From the NCBI GenBank assembly GCA_045803545.1, contig JBJMOW010000004.1:1024001-1088000 (forward strand): a stretch of DNA of 64,000 bases, read 5' to 3'. The notes beneath the pieces were generated by a model. That model searched no databases, had not been told where the DNA came from, and was given only the letters and a program-made list of their open reading frames with translations. The translations under genes and the position numbers were made by a program. Of the stretch, positions 10,045 to 19,119 are shown in pieces. Each line of letters starts with the position of its first letter. The first letter of the stretch is position 1. This stretch comes from Gemmatimonadaceae bacterium. GTDB lineage: Bacteria; Gemmatimonadota; Gemmatimonadetes; Gemmatimonadales; Gemmatimonadaceae.

Positions 10045-10722
10045 ATGAATGCACAAATAACGGATCCAGCGGTCACCCTCACCGATTACGGGCTCGCAGT
10101 CGAGTGCGCTGTGATCGTCGGGCTATTGCTGCGAACGCAGGTCAGCGACGAGGTACTTCGCATATGGCTCGTCGTTTTCTTTGGCGCCGCGAGTGCTGCT
10201 TCGCTACTCGGCGGAACGGTCCACGGTTTCTTCAAGCCGGCGAATAGTCGTGGCCGCGCGATCCTGTGGCCCGCGACGCTGATCTCGATTCTCGGTAGTG
10301 GATTGGCTGTGTCGTTCATCGCCGCGCACATCGAGCTGAACAACGAGGCGGAGCAGATGGCGCGCGCAGTAGCCCTAGTGCTCATGAGTCTGATGGCGCT
10401 CGCGGTGCTGTTCGCCAGTCACAGCTTCGCGATTGCGATCGCGGGTTATGTACCTCCCAGCCTTTTTTTACTTCACGCGTTTATCTCGGCGTACGAGCGC
10501 AGTGGCGCTCCCGCTCTCAGATGGGGAATTGCCGGCGTTTTACTCTCCATTCTCGGTGCGGCAATGCAGCGCCTGCGCGTCGGCGTGCATGGACGCTATC
10601 TCGATCACAACGCCTTCTATCACGTGATTCAGGGCGTTGCATTCTGGATGATCTACAAAGGAGCGCACTTCGTCTCAACCACACTGCCATCCATCGGGAG
10701 GACTGATGCTATTACGTCGTGA
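10045..10722 (+). CDS. Multi-TM membrane protein (DUF6962-like)
   Basis: About 7 hydrophobic segments with TDYxLA, GGTVHGF and DHNAFYHVIQ motifs. Confidence 0.6.
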   Translation: MNAQITDPAVTLTDYGLAVECAVIVGLLLRTQVSDEVLRIWLVVFFGAASAASLLGGTVHGFFKPANSRGRAILWPATLISILGSGLAVSFIAAHIELNNEAEQMARAVALVLMSLMALAVLFASHSFAIAIAGYVPPSLFLLHAFISAYERSGAPALRWGIAGVLLSILGAAMQRLRVGVHGRYLDHNAFYHVIQGVAFWMIYKGAHFVSTTLPSIGRTDAITS

Positions 10723-12205
10723 CTTCCTGAAGCTCGCTGCCAACGTCGGTGTCGCCAGCGCGGTCTCAGTAAAGGAATCGACCGAAGTTGAGACACCCCA
10801 GGACACCCGCGTGTCGGTCAACGATGTTCACTCGCAGCTGAACCCAACGCGAGTAGGTGAGATCGTGCTACCGGGATCGATCGAAGCAATTCGGTCGACG
10901 ATCAGGACAGCGCATGATCAATCGCGCCCCATCAGCATCGCCGGTGGGCGGCACGCGATGGGCGGCCAGCAGTTCGCGGCCAATGCAACCCTCCTCGACA
11001 TGAACGGCATGACACGCGTGCTCGAGTTCGATCGCGACAAAGGAGAAATCGAAGTCGAAGCGGGAATTCAGTGGCCCCAGCTCTACAAGTATCTCGTCGA
11101 TAGCCAGCGCGGCGAGACGCAATCGTGGACATTCGTTCAAAAGCAAACCGGAGCCGACAATCTCAGTATTGGCGGTGCACTCGCCGCCAATATTCATGGA
11201 CGGGGACTGGCATTGCGTCCCTTTGTCGCTGACGTGATCGCGTTTACGATCGTAGGATCCGACTGCGTGGTTCGGCGCTGCAGCCGCAACCAGAACAGCG
11301 AGCTATTCCGCGCTGCAATTGGCGGCTATGGGCTCTTCGGTCCGTTTGTCACCGCGCGACTGCGTCTGGTGCGGCGCCACAAGGTTCAGCGCGTCGTCGA
11401 AGTAATCGATATCGAACACCTTTCCGAGATGTTCGTGTGTCGGATCGGCGACGGGTTCCAATACGGTGACTTCCAGTTCGCGACCGAGCTAACTCACGAA
11501 AAGCTGTTACGCAAAGGAGTGTTCTCGTGCTATCGGCCGGTTGACGACTCTACGCCGATGCAAACAAGCCGGATTCACCTCGAGTCGGAAAACTGGCGCG
11601 AGCTCATCTACCTGGCGCACGTCGATCGCGCCCGGGCGTTCGACGCTTACTCGAGCTACTATCTGACGACTTCGGGCCAGTACTACTGGTCGGATGAGCA
11701 TCAGATGAGCACTCACGTCCCCGATTACCACGAGGCGCTGGCATCACGCCTCGGACATTTCGCACACGGCAGTGAGATGATCACCGAGATCTATGTCCCG
11801 CGAGAGGCGCTGTCGCGGTTTCTCAGCGATGTTCGCGCCGACTTTATCGCGAATCAGACTGATTTGATCTACGGGACGATCAGATTAATCGAGGCCGATG
11901 GTGAGACGAAGCTGCAATGGGCAAAGCAGTCATGCGCCTGCGTGATCTTCAATCTCCACGTTTCGCCCGATGGTGCAGGGATCGAAAAGGCAAAGCGGGA
12001 ATTTCTTCAGCTGATCGATCGTGGCCTCTCCTACGGCGGGAGTTACTATCTCACCTATCATCGCTGGGCGGAGCCGCGGCAGGTGATCGCCGCCTATCCC
12101 GAATTCCCGGCTTTCCTGAAACTCAAGCGAGAGCACGATCCCACCGAAGTTTTTCAGAGCGATTGGTATCGACATTACCGCCGCATGTTCATGGACGGTG
12201 ACTGA
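10706..12205 (+). CDS. FAD-linked oxidoreductase (VAO/PCMH family) with twin-arginine motif
   Basis: N-terminal LRRDFLK, FAD-binding GGRHAMGGQ, GGYGLFG and C-terminal GGSYYLTY...DP. Confidence 0.8.
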   Translation: MLLRRDFLKLAANVGVASAVSVKESTEVETPQDTRVSVNDVHSQLNPTRVGEIVLPGSIEAIRSTIRTAHDQSRPISIAGGRHAMGGQQFAANATLLDMNGMTRVLEFDRDKGEIEVEAGIQWPQLYKYLVDSQRGETQSWTFVQKQTGADNLSIGGALAANIHGRGLALRPFVADVIAFTIVGSDCVVRRCSRNQNSELFRAAIGGYGLFGPFVTARLRLVRRHKVQRVVEVIDIEHLSEMFVCRIGDGFQYGDFQFATELTHEKLLRKGVFSCYRPVDDSTPMQTSRIHLESENWRELIYLAHVDRARAFDAYSSYYLTTSGQYYWSDEHQMSTHVPDYHEALASRLGHFAHGSEMITEIYVPREALSRFLSDVRADFIANQTDLIYGTIRLIEADGETKLQWAKQSCACVIFNLHVSPDGAGIEKAKREFLQLIDRGLSYGGSYYLTYHRWAEPRQVIAAYPEFPAFLKLKREHDPTEVFQSDWYRHYRRMFMDGD

Positions 12206-12216
12206 GCGACCCGTGA

Positions 12217-12690
12217 CTAGCTGTGGATAGCTGGCTTCTCGGCTTCACGCAGCTGAGATCCATATCGATAGTGATAGTGTCCGTACACGAGGAGCCATGT
12301 CGCAAGCACCAGGTGAAAAACTGTCGGAATGTAAGACGTGAACCAGCGGCTCTCGCGATAAACCGTAAGGCCGAGAAGAAGTCGAGCGAACATCGCCAGA
12401 AAATAGATAGATCCGAACACCAGAAAAAACACGCCGCGGCGGGACCCCGGAGCGATGTCTCCATCGCCAAATCTCGCCGCGGTTCGCGCGAACCAGGCGA
12501 TGATGAAAAGCTGAGCCATAAGTAAAGCCGGATAAGGCAGAACGCCGCTGTGCCACGACTCGAATCGTGGTAACAGCCGGAATTCAACAACCAGTGCCAG
12601 TGGTTGCGCGACTACCCTTAGGACGAAGAGCGCCAGTAAGAGCCAGAGCCAGAGAGCATACGACTTCGAAGGATTCTGATTTAAACCAAT
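12217..12690 (-). CDS. Membrane protein; start uncertain (first ATG at 12519, coding-like frame open to 12696)
   Basis: Several TM segments. The 59 in-frame codons upstream of the ATG encode a TM helix and [16 protein letters not shown]. Confidence 0.55.
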   Translation of the reverse strand: MGLNQNPSKSYALWLWLLLALFVLRVVAQPLALVVEFRLLPRFESWHSGVLPYPALLMAQLFIIAWFARTAARFGDGDIAPGSRRGVFFLVFGSIYFLAMFARLLLGLTVYRESRWFTSYIPTVFHLVLATWLLVYGHYHYRYGSQLREAEKPAIHS

Positions 12691-13208
12691 CGTACGCTAA
12701 GTCCTGAGTTCGGTCTTCCCATTGCAGTCACTCCCGGATCGGAGCTTTGCTCGCCCCGCAGATATTTTAGAACTTCTTCAGCGGGCAGGCGACGACCTTC
12801 GAGCTGCGCGGACTCGGCGCGCGGCTCCATCGACAGTCGAGCGCGATAGACCTCGACGACCTGTCGTCCTTCCTCGAGCGCACGCAACGCAACACCGCGC
12901 ATGTAGTAGCGATTGAAATCGCCTTCCGCCAGCATCCTCGATGCCATGTCCGGCAGCTTCACCGCCGCCTGTCCCCCACCGCGAGTGCGTCGCGGCTCGA
13001 AGTCGACCATCAGATCCGAAGCGTGCTCCTCGAGCCATCGGTCATCGTAGTATCGCAACGCTTCATGTAGATATCGTTGATAGTCGGCGATCGCCGTCGG
13101 TCGAATTCGTTCCGACGTGTGATAGTGGCCACTAGCGATGTCAGCGTCCAGCTCGGCGATGGCAAAACGACGGGTGGTCGGGTCCAGGGATTCGTATTGT
13201 AAAGGCAT
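12681..13208 (-). CDS. Hypothetical protein
   Basis: GGTGA RBS and globular composition, with motif-like [12 protein letters not shown] and C-terminal PNSGLSVRL. Confidence 0.7.
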   Translation of the reverse strand: MPLQYESLDPTTRRFAIAELDADIASGHYHTSERIRPTAIADYQRYLHEALRYYDDRWLEEHASDLMVDFEPRRTRGGGQAAVKLPDMASRMLAEGDFNRYYMRGVALRALEEGRQVVEVYRARLSMEPRAESAQLEGRRLPAEEVLKYLRGEQSSDPGVTAMGRPNSGLSVRLV

Positions 13209-13298
13209 AACGTCACCAAAATGCGAGAGTCACAAAAACACAATCGCACGACGCAGGCCGTTGCTACAGAAGAGGATACTACCTCAGCAGTAGCGCGA

Positions 13299-13838
13299 CT
13301 ATTGCTGAGTTTTTGCGAGATTAAATAGTCGGCTCGCCAGATAGAGCACCGCGACAAGAGCGACCACGTTGAGCCCAATGACCGTCGCGGGGAATGCGGG
13401 ATCGTGCAGCACGAGAAACGTGCCTTCAAATCCCCATGGCTTCCAGATTCTCGGCCCGCCGAAACGAAGCGTCCACTGCAATCCCGTCACGTATCGCACG
13501 GCGGTGTGGGCGATGATTACCGGCAAAACCTGAAAAAGCTGAAGTCCCAGTGACACCGCGAGTCCGGAGCGCCTGCCACTCCACAGCAGGACGCCGGCGA
13601 CTACAGTGAGAATCATCAGTGGAATGCCGAGCATGATCTCGACTGGGCGGGCATCGCCGCTCAACGCCTCGAGCACCAACGCGACCAGCGTCCCGAGACC
13701 GAAAACAATTTGAATCAGCGCAAGCAGACGATCGAGCAAGCTGTAGATCTGCTTCTCGCGCACCAATCGTTGCTGACTGCTGACGGCCCGCGCAGCTGCG
13801 TGTTCGCCAGTGATTGGTGGAATTGGCGTCGATGTCAT
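13299..13838 (-). CDS. Hypothetical membrane protein
   Basis: AAGAGGT RBS before ATG 13838 and 4 hydrophobic segments. The ORF extension to 14057 overlaps the acyl-CoA dehydrogenase and is rejected. Confidence 0.6.
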   Translation of the reverse strand: MTSTPIPPITGEHAAARAVSSQQRLVREKQIYSLLDRLLALIQIVFGLGTLVALVLEALSGDARPVEIMLGIPLMILTVVAGVLLWSGRRSGLAVSLGLQLFQVLPVIIAHTAVRYVTGLQWTLRFGGPRIWKPWGFEGTFLVLHDPAFPATVIGLNVVALVAVLYLASRLFNLAKTQQ

Positions 13839-13908
13839 CGAACCTCTTACGGTTGCCGCCCGTGAATTGGTTTCAGGGGTAAATTGCATTTGAACAATCG
13901 ACGAAGCC

Positions 13909-15564
13909 ATGGCCGAGTTCATCCAGGATTCTCCGCAGCTGGCTAACCAGTACGACGACGATGCCGTGCTGCGCTCGTATTTGAAATGGCGACTGCCGGC
14001 AACGGTTCTCGCTGACGTTGAGCCCGACTTACGCCGCCTTGGCCAGCGAGCAGTCACCGATATTCTTGCGGTAGGCGAAGAGGCGGAGGCATCGCCACCC
14101 CAACACGTGCCGTTCGATGCGTGGGGAAAGCGCGTCGATCGGATCGAGACCAGTGACGCCTGGCGTCAGCTGGACCACATCTCCGCAGCGGAAGGAATCG
14201 TCGCTTCTGCTTACGAGCGCACCCACGGCATTCATTCGCGCATCCATCAGTTCGCGCGATTGTATCTATTCGCGCCGTCGTCGGCCTTGTACAGTTGTCC
14301 GCTGGCGATGACCGACGGCGCGGCGCGCTTTCTCGAGGTCTATGGCGATGAAGCGACGCGCTCGGTGTTCGCGCACCTGACCTCGCGCGATCCACGGCAA
14401 TTCTGGACGTCGGGGCAGTGGATGACCGAGCGGTCGGGCGGATCCGACGTGGCAAGTACTTCGACGATCGCGAAGTGTGAGTCCGGAAACGATTACCGGT
14501 TGTATGGGCTGAAGTGGTTTACCTCGGCAACGACATCGCAGGTGGCGATGACCCTCGCCCGCATCGAAGGTGCGCCCGCTGGTGGTTCAGGGCTTAGCGT
14601 ATTCCTGGTCACACTGCGCGATCGAGATGGATCGCTGCGCAACATCCGCGTCGAGCGACTGAAGGACAAGCTTGGAACACGCGCGCTGCCGACGGCCGAG
14701 CTCACACTGGAAGGCACGCCCGCGCGTTTGGTCGGTGGGCCAGGCGACGGTATCAGGAAGATCTCGACGCTGTTCAACATCACTCGCGTTTACAACGCGG
14801 TGGCCGCGGTTGCGGGAATGAGACGCGCGATCGCGCTTGCGACCGACTATGCGAGGCGTCGAACGGCGTTTGGAAAGCCGCTGATCGAACACCCGCTGCA
14901 CGTCGAGACATTGGCCGACCTCTCACTCCGGTTTCGCGCCTGCTTTCTGCTCGCTTTTCGCGTCGCCGAGTTCCTCGGCAAGGAAGAGTGCGGCGAGGCG
15001 AGCGAGACCGAATTGCAGCTACTAAGACTTCTTACGCCCGTCGCGAAACTGTACACAGCGAAGCAGGCGGTCGCTGTTGCGAGTGAAGTCCTGGAGGCGT
15101 TCGGCGGTGCCGGCTATGTCGAAGACACTGGCATCCCGCGTTTGCTGCGCGACGCCCAAGTGCTACCGATCTGGGAAGGCACGACCAACGTGCTGAGTCT
15201 GGATACGCTGCGTGCTATTCAAAAAACTGATGCGCTCTCGGCATGGATCGCGGATGGGCGCCAGCGACTCGGTCGAGTACCCAAAAACGAGTTCACTGCG
15301 AAAGTCCAGAATGCGCTGCGATCAATCGATTCATCCCAACGCACCTCGGATCGAGGAGCCGCATTGGAGCAGGTAGCTGCCAGAGGCCTTGCCTATGCGA
15401 TAGCGAGAACGGAAGCAGCCATGCTTCTGATCGAGCATGCCGCGGCAACAAGGAATCCGGCGGCTGAAGTTGCTGCGATGCGGTGGGCGATGCGCGATCT
15501 GGAGAGACTGGTAGAGGCGAACGAAGATCACCTCACCGGATCGCGGCAGCTCGTCGTCGATTAA
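13909..15564 (+). CDS. Acyl-CoA dehydrogenase family protein (AidB-like)
   Basis: CPLAMTDGA, QWMTERSGGSDV, KWFTS, LKDKLGTR, FGGAGYVE and IWEGTTNV motifs. Confidence 0.88.
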   Translation: MAEFIQDSPQLANQYDDDAVLRSYLKWRLPATVLADVEPDLRRLGQRAVTDILAVGEEAEASPPQHVPFDAWGKRVDRIETSDAWRQLDHISAAEGIVASAYERTHGIHSRIHQFARLYLFAPSSALYSCPLAMTDGAARFLEVYGDEATRSVFAHLTSRDPRQFWTSGQWMTERSGGSDVASTSTIAKCESGNDYRLYGLKWFTSATTSQVAMTLARIEGAPAGGSGLSVFLVTLRDRDGSLRNIRVERLKDKLGTRALPTAELTLEGTPARLVGGPGDGIRKISTLFNITRVYNAVAAVAGMRRAIALATDYARRRTAFGKPLIEHPLHVETLADLSLRFRACFLLAFRVAEFLGKEECGEASETELQLLRLLTPVAKLYTAKQAVAVASEVLEAFGGAGYVEDTGIPRLLRDAQVLPIWEGTTNVLSLDTLRAIQKTDALSAWIADGRQRLGRVPKNEFTAKVQNALRSIDSSQRTSDRGAALEQVAARGLAYAIARTEAAMLLIEHAAATRNPAAEVAAMRWAMRDLERLVEANEDHLTGSRQLVVD

Positions 15565-15577
15565 GAGTTTCGTCGAC

Positions 15578-16201
15578 TTACAACCGAAACCTCATTCTCG
15601 CCGCGTCGACGATCAGATCCGCGGCACCCTGAATTCCAAGGCGTTCCGTATTTACGCTAAGATCGAAGTTCTCGTGAGCGCGACGTTCGCGCTCCCAGTG
15701 CAGCCGAACCCACTGATCACGCTGCTTGTTGGTTTCATCAACCAGGCGTGCCGCTTCCTCAGCGCCGACTGCTTCACGCTGCATCGTGCGCGCGATCAAG
15801 CTTTTTCGCGGTGCATAGCAGAACACGTGGAGCGTATCTTCGCGCGCGGCGAGCATCTCCTGGGTGCCGCGACCAACGACAACCAGCGGACCGGCGGCGA
15901 TCGCTTCTTCGACGACGTGCCGCGTCACTTCGATCAGCTGCTCGTCGCTGGGCCGCTTGGCCGCGGCCATCGGCGAGGCCCACTCCTGTGATCCCATCGC
16001 CATAGCCGCGGTGAGTCTCTCTACGAGAGACGGAACCCGTTCTTCGCGCGCCTGAACCTCGGCGGCGCTCAATCCCATGCGCGCGGCAACTGCATCGACT
16101 ACAGCGTTGTCGAGTAACGACCAGCCAAGAGCTTTTGCGACGAGCGCGGCTACCTCAGAGCCTCCCGAACCATAGAGGCGCGAGACAGTGAGAACCGACA
16201 G
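15578..16201 (-). CDS. Cytidylate kinase-like family protein (probable CTG start at 16201)
   Basis: The P-loop-like TVSRLYGSGG lies upstream of the first ATG (16078). VVVGRG and FDLSVNT motifs are present, and AGGA sits 7 nt before the CTG. Confidence 0.8.
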   Translation of the reverse strand: MSVLTVSRLYGSGGSEVAALVAKALGWSLLDNAVVDAVAARMGLSAAEVQAREERVPSLVERLTAAMAMGSQEWASPMAAAKRPSDEQLIEVTRHVVEEAIAAGPLVVVGRGTQEMLAAREDTLHVFCYAPRKSLIARTMQREAVGAEEAARLVDETNKQRDQWVRLHWERERRAHENFDLSVNTERLGIQGAADLIVDAARMRFRL

Positions 16202-16204
16202 GAG

Positions 16205-17653
16205 TCAGTCCTGATAGGGACGGCGACGCTTTTCTTCTACCGCGCGACCATAAGTACCGGCGTCGGAGCGCGTGATCTTCTTGCGCGCGACGAGCGACTC
16301 GAGCACGAGCTCGCATCCAGCCGCGACAACCGGGAGATCATCCATCGGTGCGAGGCCTGCGCCGCTCACAACCTGCATTAGCCCGGGTATACTGCCGAAA
16401 CCCTCGACTACGGTGTCCACCGCGACATCGTCCGTCACCTGCAGAGCACCGCCGACATCGAACCACATGATGATCTCGTCGGTGTTGATTCCACCGGCGC
16501 GGTCCTGGTACGTCGCATCGGCGGCGCGGCGAATCAACTCACGCGCGATGGTGTGACCGCCGACAAGCTCGCCTTCGTATTCGAGCTCGATCTTCCCGGT
16601 GATGGCGGGCAGCGCGGCGTAGATGTCGGCGATGCGGGGCACGATATCGCGCTCGCCGGTCTGGATCGCGCGACGCTCGGCGTTGGAAACGACGTTCTCC
16701 ATTACGCTGATCGGCATGCGCTGGGAGACGCCTGAACGCTTGTCGATCCGCTTGTCATTCCGTGCCTCGAAAGCGACGCGCTCGATCACTTCGGCGATGA
16801 AATCGGGAACGCGCACTTTGCCGGCGCCACGCGCGGTCCACGCTTCCTGATTGGTGATCGTCATGCCAAGTTCGACGCTCTCCGGATAGTGAGTCACGAC
16901 CTCGCTGCCGATGCGATCCTTGAGCGGTGTGATGATCTTGCCGCGCGCCGTATAGTCTTCCGGATTGGCGGTGAAGCACAGCATCACATCGAGCGGGAGG
17001 CGGACAGGGTAACCTTTGATCTGAACGTCGCCTTCCTGCATGATGTTGAACAGGCTCACCTGCACCTTGCCGGCAAGATCGGGCAACTCGTTCAGCGCGA
17101 AGATTCCGCGATTTGCGCGCGGCAACATGCCGTAGTGCATCGTCAGCTCGTCACCGAGTATGTGTCCGCCGCGCGCTGCCTTGATCGGGTCGAGGTCGCC
17201 AATGATGTCGGCGACGGTGACATCAGGTGTAGCAAGTTTTTCGACGAAGCGCTGCTCCGGCTCGAGCCAGGCGATCGGTGTGTCGTCGCCGGCTTCGTTC
17301 ACCATGTTTCGGCCGTACTTCGAGATCGGCGAGAACGGATTGTCGTTGACTTCGCTGCCGGCGATGATCGGCAGCGCCGGATCGAGGAGAGTGATCAATG
17401 CGCGCAGGATCCGCGACTTCGCCTGACCCCGCAGTCCGAGCAGAATGAAATTGTGCTTGCTGAGTAGCGCGTTGACGATCTGCGGCATGACGGTTTCTTC
17501 ATAACCGATCACGCCGTGAAAAATCGGCTTGCGCGTCGCGAGCCGGGTGAGGAGGTTCGCGCGAAGCTCATCCTTGACGGACTGCTCGCGTCTTTCGGGA
17601 GCGCCAAAAGCAGAACGCTTCAGCGCGCCAAATGTTTCTGGAAGGACCGACAA
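16205..17653 (-). CDS. MoxR / Mg-chelatase-like AAA+ ATPase
   Basis: Walker A variant GLRGQAKS, Walker B variant FALNELPDL and TANPEDYTARGKIITPLKDR. GGAG RBS. Confidence 0.82.
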   Translation of the reverse strand: MSVLPETFGALKRSAFGAPERREQSVKDELRANLLTRLATRKPIFHGVIGYEETVMPQIVNALLSKHNFILLGLRGQAKSRILRALITLLDPALPIIAGSEVNDNPFSPISKYGRNMVNEAGDDTPIAWLEPEQRFVEKLATPDVTVADIIGDLDPIKAARGGHILGDELTMHYGMLPRANRGIFALNELPDLAGKVQVSLFNIMQEGDVQIKGYPVRLPLDVMLCFTANPEDYTARGKIITPLKDRIGSEVVTHYPESVELGMTITNQEAWTARGAGKVRVPDFIAEVIERVAFEARNDKRIDKRSGVSQRMPISVMENVVSNAERRAIQTGERDIVPRIADIYAALPAITGKIELEYEGELVGGHTIARELIRRAADATYQDRAGGINTDEIIMWFDVGGALQVTDDVAVDTVVEGFGSIPGLMQVVSGAGLAPMDDLPVVAAGCELVLESLVARKKITRSDAGTYGRAVEEKRRRPYQD

Positions 17654-17734
17654 CTTGATACTCCGAGGGAAAATACGAGCGTGTTGGTAATCTAGTCCCC
17701 GTGTCTGGACGCTACTAGGCGGAAGCTCTACACC

Positions 17735-17762
17735 TTGACACTATTTTCTGATGAGATAGATT
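17735..17762 (+). promoter_or_regulatory. Sigma-70-type promoter
   Basis: TTGACA (17735-17740), 16-nt spacer, TAGATT (17757-17762), upstream of the small lipoprotein gene. Confidence 0.6.
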
Positions 17763-17845
17763 CTTGCCCGCGCCAAAAACGGGCACTGCGACCGCGTGCA
17801 CGGACCGGCGAATTTTCCACGTTTGCCATCTTAAGGAGATCGTAA

Positions 17846-18055
17846 ATGAAGCGCCTGGCCCTTGTCGCCGCAGTTCTGGTTCTCGCTGCTTGCACGTCAA
17901 AGAAAGACGAAGCTGCAACCGCCGATACTTCCGCTCCAGCAATGGCTCCTGCCCCGGCAGCGATGGATACCGGCATGAAGATGGACACCACCGCAAGCAC
18001 GACCCCGTCGGCTTCGACGACCACCACGACCAAGACCACGACCAAAAAGAAGTAA
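17846..18055 (+). CDS. Small Ala/Pro/Thr-rich lipoprotein
   Basis: TAAGGAG RBS, lipobox MKRLALVAAVLVLAA-C and a terminator downstream. Confidence 0.8.
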   Translation: MKRLALVAAVLVLAACTSKKDEAATADTSAPAMAPAPAAMDTGMKMDTTASTTPSASTTTTTKTTTKKK

Positions 18056-18076
18056 ATCGTCGCGATCGGTCAAATG

Positions 18077-18107
18077 AAAAGGCGCCACTAAACAGTGGCG
18101 CTTTTTT
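18077..18107. terminator. Bidirectional intrinsic terminator
   Basis: aaaag-gcgccact-aaac-agtggcgc-tttttt between convergent genes. Confidence 0.85.
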
Positions 18108-19086
18108 CGTTTTGGTCGACCTGAACGCTGCATTCGCCATCCGGCCACTTCGCTTGCAGCGTCGTCCCTCCGGCAATCTCTCTGCGGACCATTCCCAGCG
18201 CGATGCCACCAAATCGGGGTGAGAGAGCAGCGCTCCGGATATCGCCGATAACTTTTCCTGTCTCGTCGAGGAGCTCGGCGCCCTTTGGTGGCGCGGGCCG
18301 GGTGACAAATCTCAGTCTGCGAAGAAAGCGATTCACGTGACCGCGAAAGTGTACGCGCGCCACGGTCTCCTGTCCGATGTAGCAACCCTTGGTGTACGAG
18401 ATTGCGCCGAGGTCGTCGAAGTTTACTTCCTGCGGCAGTGTCGAGTCGTCCATGTCGACGCCCCACTCCGGTCGACCGGCTTCGATCCGAGCGATGTCCC
18501 ACGTTTCTTTGCCGCCCGCGTTCACACCGGCAGAATGGAACCTGGTCTTGAGCGCGCCGGTGGCCTGCGTTGGAATGAAAATATCGAAACCGTCCACATC
18601 CAGATCGGCTGCGCGCGCGACTATCGCCGTGACATCGGCGAACGGCCGGCTCAAGTGACCGTACGGCGGCAGCGCGGCGAGATCCTTGTCGTCGATATCC
18701 ATCACCTTCGAAACGACAGATCGGGCTGACCGGCCAAAGATTCCGAAGTCACTCAGCTCCGCCGTCAGATCGTGGTAGGGCGCCTGGCGCGGATTGATGT
18801 ATTTTCGCACCAGCTCCTTCCAACCCGGCGCTGCGGCAGCGGAAGTGTCGATCAGCAGCGAATCGTCGAGCGCAAAGATGCGGAGATCCGCGACGATCTT
18901 TCCCTTCGCCGTCAATGCCGCCGCGTACTGACCCTCGCCGGGAGAAAGCGCGGATACGTCGTTCGTCACCATTCCGGTGACGAGCTCGGCGGCTTTTGGA
19001 CCCGACACCCGCATGCGGAGTCTGTCGGTGCGATCGAAAAACAGAGCGCCGTTGTGCAGCGCGGAATACTCGTTCAGCTCCGCCAT
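18088..19086 (-). CDS. ygfZ: YgfZ/GcvT-family folate-binding protein
   Basis: KGCYIGQE signature, a GcvT-like N-terminus and RIEAGRP. Confidence 0.8.
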   Translation of the reverse strand: MAELNEYSALHNGALFFDRTDRLRMRVSGPKAAELVTGMVTNDVSALSPGEGQYAAALTAKGKIVADLRIFALDDSLLIDTSAAAAPGWKELVRKYINPRQAPYHDLTAELSDFGIFGRSARSVVSKVMDIDDKDLAALPPYGHLSRPFADVTAIVARAADLDVDGFDIFIPTQATGALKTRFHSAGVNAGGKETWDIARIEAGRPEWGVDMDDSTLPQEVNFDDLGAISYTKGCYIGQETVARVHFRGHVNRFLRRLRFVTRPAPPKGAELLDETGKVIGDIRSAALSPRFGGIALGMVRREIAGGTTLQAKWPDGECSVQVDQNEKSATV

Positions 19087-19119
19087 GTTTTTCAATTAAG
19101 CCGGTGCACACCGGCAGCG

